The notes below the pieces were generated by a model. It did not search any database. It was not told where the DNA came from and saw nothing but the letters and a program-made list of their open reading frames with translations. Positions 53,594 to 64,000 of a stretch of DNA of 64,000 nt are shown in pieces. Position 1 is the first letter of the stretch. The number at the start of each line of letters is the position of its first letter. Origin of the DNA: Utricularia gibba (taxonomy: Eukaryota > Plantae > Magnoliophyta); the NCBI GenBank assembly GCA_002189035.1, contig NEEC01000002.1:868001-932000 (forward strand), in the 5' to 3' direction. The position numbers were made by a program, and so were the translations under genes.

Positions 53594-54731
53594 ATGGCGA
53601 GGGGAGGTGATGGGAGTTTGGAGATGCTTCTGGAGGAGAATGGAGAAGGCAGTAAACCAGAGAGCTTGTTGAAGGTGATGAAGCAGAATGATGATGAGAC
53701 TGAGAATTCTGATGGATTCCTGAATCTGGAGGCAGGGCATGAATGGTGATTTTTCATTTTCTTGGGGGCTTATATGCAAATAGTTGTCTTCTCTTGTCAC
53801 AAAAGAACCGTTGTTTAATTTTGTGATTTGCTGTAAAAGTTGCGTTTGAATCCTTAGGGATCTGGGCGGCGACGACGACGCTTCTTGCTCACTCAACGGA
53901 TCTGCTTCTCCCTCTTTGCAGCCCGTTACGCCGCCGACATCCGACTCCTCCGCCACAGCTATCCGGAAAACAGTTTCTTCATGGCGAAAAACAGTAAAAC
54001 CTGGGAAAAGCATTCCGCCCCCTGCTTCCATTCCTGATTCACGTCCATCTTCTTCTGCTAAGTCAAGGGGGGCACCCGTCAAATGCCATTCGTCCAGAGC
54101 CATCGTTGTGGCGGCTCGGAAAACGCTAACTCCAACGAGTAATCGTGCTGCGTCATCTTCCCTCGATCGTTCTTCATCATTGAGAAAACCAGCTTCCCCT
54201 GAGACAAACCTCCGCCCTGCATCAGCATCAAGAGGAAGGCCGAATTCAGGGAAAGTAAACCCGAGGCAGCAGTCGTGCTCACCTTCCCGATTGCGCAACA
54301 ATTACCGGAAACCGGGAAACATGGTGGCGTCACGAAGTAAAGGGTGCAATTCTGGCAGTGGAGATGAAGTTAACCCTGTTTTAATTGGGACCAAAATGGT
54401 GGAAAGAGTAGTGAATATGAGAAAATTGGCTCCACCGAAAGAAGAACAACGCCAACCTCGGGATCATGACAAGAAACCTTCCAAAGGGAATTCTGGTTTT
54501 GGGAGATCGTTTTCGCAGAAATCCTTAGAAATGGCCATCAGACATATGGTATCCTGTTGTACTCTGTTCTTTGATTTCCTTAAAAAAATGTTCTTGGCAT
54601 GACTCGCTGTCTGTGTTCAGGATATTCGAAGAAGCATTCCCGATGACTTCGCAAGAACTGCGGGAGCCTCACACGCCGGCAGAACCCAGTCTAAGTTCAG
54701 CGGTATGCAAGTCCATAGCCAGAAAAAGTGA
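53594..54731 (+). CDS. Basic proline/serine-rich protein, BPP microtubule-associated family-like, join(53594..53745, 53858..54548, 54621..54731), 317 aa
   Basis: In-phase GT-AG junctions, S/P/R-rich body, and MVERVVNMRKLAPP and SGFGRSFSQKSLEMAIRHM/DIRRSI motifs that I associate with BPP-type proteins. Confidence 0.75.
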
Positions 54732-55438
54732 GTGAAGGGGATTGGGAAGAAAACGATTGTAACGTTGTGTTATTTGAAAAACAGCACTTCTGAAACTTGT
54801 TTTGTGGTCTGAGCTAAACAAAACTCAAGCTCTGCTTCTATACGAGAATTTGGTAAGGGGCTTATGACACGATTGTCTGATCTTATCACGAACCTTAAAA
54901 TTGAATCCATTTCTTCCCTCCTAAAATTTGTTGTCATCTGCCATTGCTTGGCGCTTGTGAACCATTTTCAAAGACTCCATGCGCTTTGTTGGCATGTGCT
55001 GTAATCGTTGAAACTTTCAACGGTTGACGGTTTTATGATTGTCTAACTCTTGGCTGAGTTGGACAAACGCCTATACGCCCACTTTTTAAAGTTTGGATAA
55101 ATGAATATCTCATGTGGTTGATTGCCTTGCAGCTTCCGGTATCGCGCTTATGGCATGGTTGATTGCCTTGCAGCTTCCATGTGGATGATACGCCTTGTTG
55201 AGTCAGGAAACTTGTCGCTGTTTTCTCACACACCCACACGCTCAAGAAATAGCTTTGCTTCCTCCTCAACTTTCATTTGCCTGATAAGGGGCTGATTGAT
55301 AGCCAAGCTCTGAGATCAGATTGTGGGTGTTTTTTTATTTTGAACTTTCAGCGGTTCTCTTTTTGTCAGTGATCTTACAGGATTTGACACCTGGGAGTGG
55401 GTCTTCTGGTGCACTTGGGAGCAAAAGAAGAAGCAAAA

Positions 55439-57300
55439 ATGGCGGCAGTCGTAAGAGTAATGGGTGAGTTTTCCGGTAGCATAACGAATGCTTTCTCCTG
55501 ATATTTGTAGCTTGAATTGCATACAACCTAAGAATTTAACCGGATCTGCAGTGCTGTTATGGGTGGACATTCTGGCTATTTACGCTATGTTTGTGATGAT
55601 GGCATACTTGACGAAAGTTTGGGATCTCAGTTTCACTGATGCAACACTGGTGGTGAACGTCTTTTGGGGAGCGGTTTTCATAGCCCCGCTGTTCCTCACA
55701 CACCTCGTCGACACGTTGATGGGAAATTATTCGATGCTTTTGATCTCCAGCTTAGCTTATGCTGTTGTATGCTTCTCATCCTTTCGTTTCCCCGTCAATT
55801 CTGCAGTGCTCTCTACCTCTAGCTTGATGTGTTCGATTTGATTGCATTCCAGGGGTTGGGGCTTCTTGCAATGTCAACCCCGCCGGTGACGGGAAACTGC
55901 AAAGAGTACAAGCCCGAATGCATCAGCGACGCCCAGAAGAGACTTTTCTATGCAGCTTTGTCTTTGACTGCATTTGGGATGGCCGGCCATTTTGCATCTT
56001 TGAAGACATTCCTGGACGAACAGATGATCGGAGAAGAGGATAGCATCAGATTCTGTATCGGCATCGTTGCCGTCTTCTTTGTCAGTTTGGCTGCAATTAT
56101 AGCGATACCGTACATAAAGCCTTGGTCTGTTCGTTTTGCGATCCCAGCCATCTGCACTCTGGTTGCAACTCTTCTGTTCATGAGCGGCTCATGTTCCTAC
56201 AACTACGTTGGGCCTCAGGGCAGTCCCCTGACCGTGTTTGTTCGTGTGTTTGTAGCTGCTACATTGAAAATGTTTTGCAGACTTACTACAGATCCCAATC
56301 AACTGTATGAAGTCCGGAATGGGGAAGATGAGCTGATTCCCAACACTCGAAGCCTGAGGTTCGTTCGTGCCTCTCTCTGTCGTGATCTTGCTCTCTTTCA
56401 CCAGCAACTGAGTTGCAGAACTCTTGCTTCAGATGCTTGGATAAGGCCGCAGTTATATTAACCTCGAGACGTCAAGAGAATCAGGAGAGGAACAGATGGA
56501 CGCTGTGCAGAGTCACTGAAGTGGAGGAAACCAAAACCATCATACGCATGATTCCTGTCTGGATGACCTTCATCTTATGCGGCATCGTCTCCGCCATCGG
56601 ACTGACGTTCTTCGTCCAGCAACTGGAGCATCTGAACCGCAAAGTTGGCAAGCTAACGGTGCCCACGGTAGTCCTTCTAGGGTTCTACGCGCAAGCCCAG
56701 AATACGGGTGAGCAACTCTACAAAAAGCTTGCAAAATCAGACAACGAAGGTGGATCTTGGAAGTTGGCCCCTCCAATCGCCATCTCAATTTCGATGATCC
56801 TGGCTGTTCTTTGCTGCATCACAGCCGCTAAAGTGGAGGAAAGGCGGCTGGGAGTCGTGGAAAGGCATGGTTTAGTCGACAAGCCGGATGCAAGAGTGCC
56901 CATGACCATGTTCTGGCTGCTCCCACAGTTTCTCCTCCTCGGTGCATTCAACGGCCTCTTCAAATCCTCCGCCGAAGGCTTCTTCATCGATCAATCCCCT
57001 AAATCGACAGGGAGATACATTCCATGGTTTGTAACTGGTGTCTTGGGGATCGGAACGCTCGGCAGCAGTCTGTGCGTTTATGTGGTCGGGAAACTGAGTG
57101 AACGAGGTGGGAGAAGGAACTGGTTCCAGCATCACCTCAACGCAAGCAGGGTGGATAAGTACTTCTGGACCCTGGCTTGGCTGATCGCCGTGAATCTCGT
57201 CGTTTTCATCGTGGTGGCGAAACTTTTTCCGGTGCAACGAATCTCGGATCGAAGAAGAAGCAATGGAGTTTGGCGGGATGGAAGAGCCGTACCAGGATGA
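55439..57300 (+). CDS. NPF5.5: NRT1/PTR family transporter, NPF5.5-like, copy 1; +1 indel alters the C-terminal tail (paralogous frame ends at 57328)
   Basis: Four exons; MFS TM segments, GPQGSPLTVFVRVFVAA, RCLDKAA, LCRVTEVEETK, WLLPQFLLLG and ASRVDKYFWTLA motifs. Confidence 0.88.
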
Positions 57301-58230
57301 GAACCGCCGATGCTGCTGCTGCTGCTGATACTGAAGAAGACGAAGCGATGGAGTCATCCGTACACCGGTTGTTTGCAGGGGGAGTATGACTCCCGAACAC
57401 AATGGAAAGTAAATTACATAAAAAAACCCCAAAATTTAATACTTTGTTAAAATTAATCATCAATTTGTAATATACATGATGCCCACTGTATAATTTATTT
57501 CATAAATTTCGTATATCAATCATAATTAATTTTTAAAATTTGATGTATGTAGTATTGGTCTTTTACGATTCATAATATTCAAAAATTAATTGAAAGTTAA
57601 TTTTTTTTCAAATTTTTAAATAATTGAAAATTAATAATATCCATTATCTCAAATAATAGATATTAAATTATTAGAAATCAATTTTGCACTGTATAAAACT
57701 AATGAATATCAGTTTTGCTAATGTTTAAAATAGTGTATACAATATTAAAACATTAAGATCATTTCTATAATTTTCACAAATATTGGAAATCAATAATATT
57801 ATATATATATATATATATACATTTAAGGAACTTCAAGTGAACTAAACATTTATGTCCCAACCTATCCGAGTGGTCAATCTAGAGCGAGCCTTCTTCACTC
57901 CCTTTGAATTTTAAAGTTGCTTTGCCCACAGTCGCCAACCAAGAATCCAATGCATTTACATTTACATCATTTTTATAAACAAATAGTATAAAATTAAAAA
58001 TTAATTATTTAAATTTTTAATTTTTAATTTTTTAATAAAAATTATTGAAGCTAATTCAAAAAAACCAATAATTTTCATTAAAACGAGTCTAGATCTATAT
58101 TCAATATCAAATTTTAAAACAGTATTTTTCTATAGATACAACGTTTAAACTTTTGTTGGTAACTCTGCTTGATCTTGATCTTTGTGGTGTGCAAATGCAA
58201 GCATCTTCTTTGCAGCTTAGGGAAGGGGGA

Positions 58231-59777
58231 ATGGCGAGGGGAGGTGATGGGAGTTTGGAGATGCGTCTGGGGAGAGTGAAGAAGGCAGAAAACCAGAGAG
58301 CTTGTTGAAGGTGATGAAGCAGAATGATGATGAGACTGAGAATATTGAGGGATTCCTGAATCTGGAGGCAGGGCATGAATGGTGAGTTTTCATTTTCTTG
58401 GGGGTTTATATGCAAATAGTTGTCTTCTCTTGTCACAAAAGAACCGTTGTTTGATTTTGTGGCTTGCTGTAAAAGTTGCGTTTGAATCCTTAGGGATCTG
58501 GGCGGTGACGACGACGCTTCTTGCTCACTCAACGGATCGGCTTCTCCCTCTTTGCAGCCCGTTACGCCGCCGACATCCGATGAAAGGATTTGAGATGTTT
58601 GAGGGTTGATCACTTGCGCAGCAGAAATTGTTGAGAGAATTTCTTTAAAAAGGATGTTGAAAAACCTCTTTGTATGTTTTTTGTTCCTTTATGTTACATG
58701 AATTTATAGACGGAGAAGATAGTTGACCGTTGGGTATGTCAGGGCTTGTCTTCCGACCGTTGCTCTGTGTCATTAACACGGTAGCTGTTCTCGGTGCTTC
58801 GTTGTACAGCTGCTTTGCGTGCCTTCGTGGGCTTGTAGGATTTTGACTCCTGAGTATTCCTGCTGGACCTTAAGACTCGAAGGTTTAGGCCCAACAATAA
58901 TGAGTCCACTTTCCCAATCTGATCGAGGGCTGTTTTTCCTGAGATCAGTGGAGATGGTGAGAAGTCCTTTTTCGTCGATTGCTCCTCTTTGATTCTTCAT
59001 TCCCTCATCAATCACCAACATCCGACTCCTCCGCCACAGCTATCCGGAAAACAGTTTCTTCATGGCGAAAAACAGTAAAACCTGGGAAAAGCATTCCGCC
59101 TCCTGCTTCCATTCCCGATTCACGTCCATCTTCTTCTGCTAAGTCAAGGGGGGCGCCGTCAAATGCCATTCATCCAGAGCCGTCATTGTGGCGGCTCAGA
59201 AAACGCTAACTCCATCGAGTAATCGTGCTGCGTCATCTTCCCTCGATCGTTATTCATCATTGAGAAAACCAGCGCCCTGCATCAGCATCAAGAGGAAGGC
59301 CGAATTCAGGGAATGTAAACCCGAGGCGGCAGTCGTGCTCACCTTCCCGATTGCGGAACGACTACCAGAAACCGGGAAACATGGTGGGGTCACGAAGTAA
59401 AGGGTGCAATTCTGGCAGTGGAGATGAAGTTAACTCTGTTTTGATTGCCAAAATGGTGGAAAGAGTATTGAATATGAGGAAATTTTCTCCACCGTATGTA
59501 GAACAGCGCCAACCTCTGGATCATGACAAGAAACCTTCCAAAGGGAATTCTGGTTTTGGGAGATCGTTTTCGCGGAAATCCTTAGAAATGGCCATCAGAC
59601 ATATGGTACTCTGTTCTTTGATTTCCTTAAAAAAAATGTTCTTGGCATGAATCCCTGTCTGTGTTCAGGATATTCGAAGAAGCATTCCCGATGACTTAGC
59701 AAGAACTGTGGGAGCCTCACACGCCAGCAGAACCCAGTCTAGGTTCAGCCGTACAAGTCCATAGCCAGAAAAAGTGA
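58231..59777 (+). pseudogene. BPP-like gene copy 2, pseudogene
   Basis: Versus copy 1: -1 deletion in exon 1 (early TGA), 440-bp solo LTR in exon 2, -1 deletion near 59155 and a 20-nt deletion near 59273. Confidence 0.93.
58581..59020 (-). mobile_element. Solo LTR (440 bp) with 5-bp TSD TCCGA
   Basis: TG...CA termini flanked by TCCGA on both sides (58576-58580 and 59021-59025). Copy 1 has a single TCCGA at the same position. CTATAAAT on the minus strand. Confidence 0.88.
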
Positions 59778-60579
59778 GTGGAGGAAATTGGGAAGAAAAT
59801 AATTGTACCGTTGCGTTATTCGAAAAACAGCACTTCTGAAACTTGTTTTGTGGTCTGAGCTAAACAAAACTCAAGCTTTGCTTCTATACGAGAATTTGGT
59901 AAGGGGCTTATGACACGATTGTCTGATCTTATCAGGAACCTTAAAGTTGAATCCATTTCTCCCCTCCTAAAATTTGTTGTCATCTGCCATTGGTTGGCGC
60001 TTGTGAACCATTTTCAACGATTACATGCGCGTTGTTGGTAAGTGCTGTAATCGTTGAAACTTTCAACGGTTGACGGTTTTATGATTGTCAACTCTTGCCT
60101 GAGTCGGACAAACGCCTATACGCCTACTTTTTAAAGTTTGGATAAATAATATCCCACGTGGTTGATTGCCTTGCAGCTTCCGGTACCGCGCTTATGGCAT
60201 CGGTAAACTCTTTTGGGCGAAGAGACTGCACTGTGTTTGGCATCTTATGTTACTGGTCTTTGATTTACGCAGGCGATGATACGCCTTGTTGAATCAGGGG
60301 AAACTTGACGCTATTTTCTCACACGCCCACACGCTCGTTTCCTGGTGTATATTATATACACAGCAACCCCCTCTTTCCTACCCAAAAGAAGAAGCTTTGC
60401 TTCCTCCTCAACTTTCATTTGCCTGATAAGGGGCTGATTGATAGCCAAGCTCTGAGATCAGATTGTGGGTGTTCTTTTCTTTTGAACTTTCAGGGGTTCT
60501 CTTTTAGTCAGTGACCTTACAGAGTTGACACCTGGGGGTGGAGTTTCTGGTGCACTTGGGAGAAAAAGAAGAAGCAAAA

Positions 60580-62479
60580 ATGGCGGCAGTCGGAAGAGTA
60601 ATGGGTGAGTTTGCCGGTAGCATAACGAATGGTTTCTCCTTATGTTTGCTGCTTGTATTGCATAAAAACTAAGAATTTAACCGGATCTGCAGTGCTGTTA
60701 TGGGTGGACATTCTGGCTATGTACGCTATGTATGTGATGATGGCCTACTTGACGGATGTTTGGGATCTCAGTTTCACTGATGCAACACTCATGGTGAACG
60801 TCTTCTGGGGAGCGGTTTTCATAGCCCCCCTGTTCCTCACGCACCTCGTCGACACGTTGATGGGAAATTATTCGATGCTTTTGATCTCCAGTTTAGCTTA
60901 TGCTGTTGTATGGTTCTCATCCTTTCGTTTCCCCATCAGTTCTACACTGCTCTCTGCCTCTAGCTTGATGTGTTCGATTTGATTGCATTCCAGGGGTTGG
61001 GTCTTCTTGCAATGTCAACCCCGCCGGTGATGGGAAACTGCAAAGAGTACAAGCCCGAATGCATCAGCGACGCCCAGAGGAGACTTTTCTATGCAGCTTT
61101 GTCTTTGACTGCATTTGGGATGGCCGGCCATTTTGCAACTTTCAATGCATTCATGGCCGAACAGATGGCTGGAGAAGAAGATAACATGAGTGAAGGCACT
61201 GCCTGCAGATTCTGTATCGGCATGCTTTCCGTCTTCTTTGTCAGTTTCGCTGCAATTATAGCTATACCGTACATAAGGCCCTGGTCTGTTCGTTTTGCGA
61301 TCCCAGCCATCTGCACTCTGGTTGCAGCTCTTCTGTTCATGAGCGGCTCATGTTCCTACAACTACGTTGGGCCTCAGGGAAGTCCCCTGACCGTGTTTGT
61401 TCGTGTGTTTGTAGCTGCTACATCGAAAATGTTTTGCAGAATTCCTACAGATCCCAATCAACTGTATGAAGTCCGGATCGGGGAAGATGAGCTGATTTCC
61501 CACACTCGAAGCCTGAGGTTCATGCCTCTCTCTCTGTTGTAATCTAGCTCTTTTTCTAGCTACTGAGTTGCAGAACTCTTGTTTCAGATGCTTGGATAAG
61601 GCAGCTGTTATAGTAACCTCGAGACCTCAAGAGGAGCAGGAGAGGAACAGATGGACGATGTGCAGAGTCACTGAAGTGGAGGAAACCAAAACCATCATAC
61701 GAATGATTCCTGTCTGGATGACCTTCATCTTATGCGGCGTCGTCTCCGCCATCGGACTGACGTTCTTCGTCCAGCAACTGGAGCATCTGAACCGCAAAGT
61801 TGGCAAGCTAACGGTGCCCACGGTAGTCCTTCTAGGGTTCTACGAACAAGCTCAGAACACGGGTGGGCAACTCTACAAAGAGCTTGCACAGTCACTCAAC
61901 GGGGGTTTGAGGAAGTTGGCCCCTCCAATCGGCATCTCATTTTCGATGATCCTGGCTGTTCTTTGCTGCATCACAGCCGCTAAAGTGGAGGAAAGGCGGC
62001 TGGGAGTCGTGGAAAGGCATGGTTTAGTCGACAAGCCGGATGCAAGAGTGCCCATGACCATGTTCTGGCTGCTCCCACAGTTTCTCCTCCTCGGTGCATT
62101 CGACGGCCTTTTCAAATCCGCCGCCGTTGAGTTCTTCATCGACCAATCCCCTCAATCGACAGGGAAATACATTCCATGGTTTATAAATGCTGTCTGGGGG
62201 ATCGGAACGCTCGGCAGCAGTCTGTGCGTTTATGTGGTCGGGAAACTGAGCGAACGAGGTGGGAGAAGGAACTGGTTCCAGCATGACATCAACGCGAGCA
62301 GGGTGGATAAGTATTTCTGGACCCTGGCTTGGCTGATCGCCGTGAATCTCGTCGTTTTCATCGTGGTGGCGTTACTTTTCCGGTACAACGAATCTCGGAT
62401 CGAAGAAGACGAAGAAATGGAGTTTGACGGGATGGAAGAGCCGTACCAGGATGAGAACCCTCGATGCTGCTGCTGCTGA
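60580..62479 (+). CDS. NPF5.5: NRT1/PTR family transporter, NPF5.5-like, copy 2, intact
   Basis: Same four-exon structure and motifs as copy 1; ends EEDEEMEFDGMEEPYQDENPRCCCC*. Confidence 0.92.
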
Positions 62480-64000
62480 TACTGATCAAGAGTCATCCGT
62501 ACACCGGTGGCCTGCAGGGGGAAGATGACGACTCCTCATCACAATGGAAAGTAAATTACATCAATAAAATCCCAAAATTTAATACTTTGTTAAAAGTTAA
62601 TGATCAATTTTTAATATAAATTATGTAATTTATTCCCACTGTATAACTTATTTCCAAAATTTCGTACATCAATCATAATTAATTTTTAAAATTTGATGTA
62701 TAAAATTTTGGTTTTTCCCAATTCAAAATAAGTTTCATACGATTCAAAAATTAGACATGATTAATTGAATATTAGTTTTTAAATAATTGAAAATGAATAG
62801 TATCAATTATTTCAAATAATAGATACTAAATAATTAGAAATCAATTTTGCAGTGTATAAAAATAATGAAAATCAATTTTATTAATGTTTTAAAATAGTGT
62901 ATATAACATTAAGATCACTTTTATAATTTTCAAAAATAATGAAAATCAATAATATATATATATAGATTGTTTGTGCATTTTAACGGGTTTCAAGAAAACT
63001 AAACATTTATGTCCCAACCTATCCAAGTGGTCCATCTGGCTGAAGATAATTGGTTAAGGCATCGGTGGTCAATCTAGAGGCAAGCCTTCTCACTCCCTTT
63101 GAATTTTAAAGTTGCTTTGCCCACAGTCGCCAACCAAAGAATCCAATGCATTTACATTTACATTATATTTTATAAAAAAATATTATATATGTAAAATTAA
63201 TTATTTAAAATTTATCCTTCTTACTTGATCGCTAATCCATCAAAAGTTCTTGTGAGACAATCTGACTCACTCAGATGATTTTGAAATCTAGCCATCTATA
63301 ATTGAATCAATAGTCAACCCTATGGTAGCATTATTGAAATTATGCAACAAATAGATCAAGAGATCAAATACGTGAAATCTAGGTACAAAATAAATGTATA
63401 TCATATTACAAAAGATTAAGTTAATTTAATTATCAATAATTTATGATTTTTTATATATTTTACTATTTTAATTCCAAATATTGATATGAAATTATTTATT
63501 GTAATAAATATAATTAAACAAGTTACTGGTTCTGACACCCACTAGTCAAATTGGAGTTACCTGAACAGTGTCCTTGACGCACTCCTGTTGATTTCCACGT
63601 GTTCTCCACGATGCGTTGGTGTTGGAATTTATCACTCCTCACTGTTGATGATGCGACACAAGGAGACCGGTGTCCTCGACATCGTCCCCACAATTGAATG
63701 AAGGGAGAAGCATGTCTGTTCTTTCTTATTTTGAACAACCCATTTTTCACAATCCTATTCTTTTTTATATAAAATAATTGCCAAGGTGTGACACAATGAG
63801 ATAAACACGAAAAATATATGGAATCAATTATAATTGATATTTCGTCGTTTCCGATTCTATGTTTGATCATGTCACAACATATAGTCGTGGATATGTTGGG
63901 TGATGTATCACTTCAGGGTGATGTATATTATTAATCATATCATTAATAATAGGGAAGAAGAAAATCGATCGATTCATTTATATGTATATTATTTAATGGG

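Larger units (their letters stand above)
53503..63200. repeat. Tandem segmental duplication: unit 1 ~53503-58050, unit 2 ~58146-63200
   Basis: Colinear high similarity across coding, intron and spacer sequence, starting at taaacttttgttggtaactctgcttgatc (53503 and 58146). Confidence 0.97.

Noticed and set aside
53468-54301. 277-aa minus-strand ORF spanning the BPP-like exon 1, intron and exon 2 (partly repeated at 58107-58613)
   Set aside because: No ATG start (alternative start codon) and no recognisable domain; the plus strand has a coherent spliced gene; persistence in copy 2 just reflects recent duplication.
63520-63870. Moderately GC block with a 115-aa minus-strand ORF at the window end
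   Set aside because: No recognisable motif; context truncated by the window edge.

Overview
Gene-dense plant (eudicot) nuclear DNA with short AT-rich introns and AT-rich spacers; the species cannot be determined from sequence alone. About 22 protein-coding loci plus two short uORFs are supported. In order: a proteasome assembly chaperone (PBAC1-like), SAMDC with its tiny and small uORFs, a P4-ATPase flippase (ALA), an nsLTP, an OVATE-family protein, a WEB-family protein, four class III peroxidases, a PPR protein, a MIF/tautomerase, a JOX/JAO-like 2OG dioxygenase, a STR10-like rhodanese, an APD-like RING E3, a LIMR/LMBR1 protein, RUS5, and a ~4.6-5 kb tandem duplication carrying a BPP-like gene and an NPF5.5-like transporter. 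The second BPP copy is a pseudogene containing a solo LTR. No tRNA, rRNA, known miRNA or CRISPR array was recognised, and I see no prokaryote-style novel system. The most notable items are: (i) three -1 indels in the OFP gene that cancel out and keep the ORF open while scrambling conserved motifs, within a 5-kb cluster of homopolymer indels that may be assembly error; (ii) precise loss of different introns in two tandem peroxidases; (iii) an alternative terminal exon in the MIF gene; (iv) a solo LTR with exact TSD whose empty site is visible in the sister copy; (v) NPF transporters lacking the ExxER motif and ending in an acidic, poly-Cys tail. Family names and Arabidopsis comparisons are from memory, not database searches.
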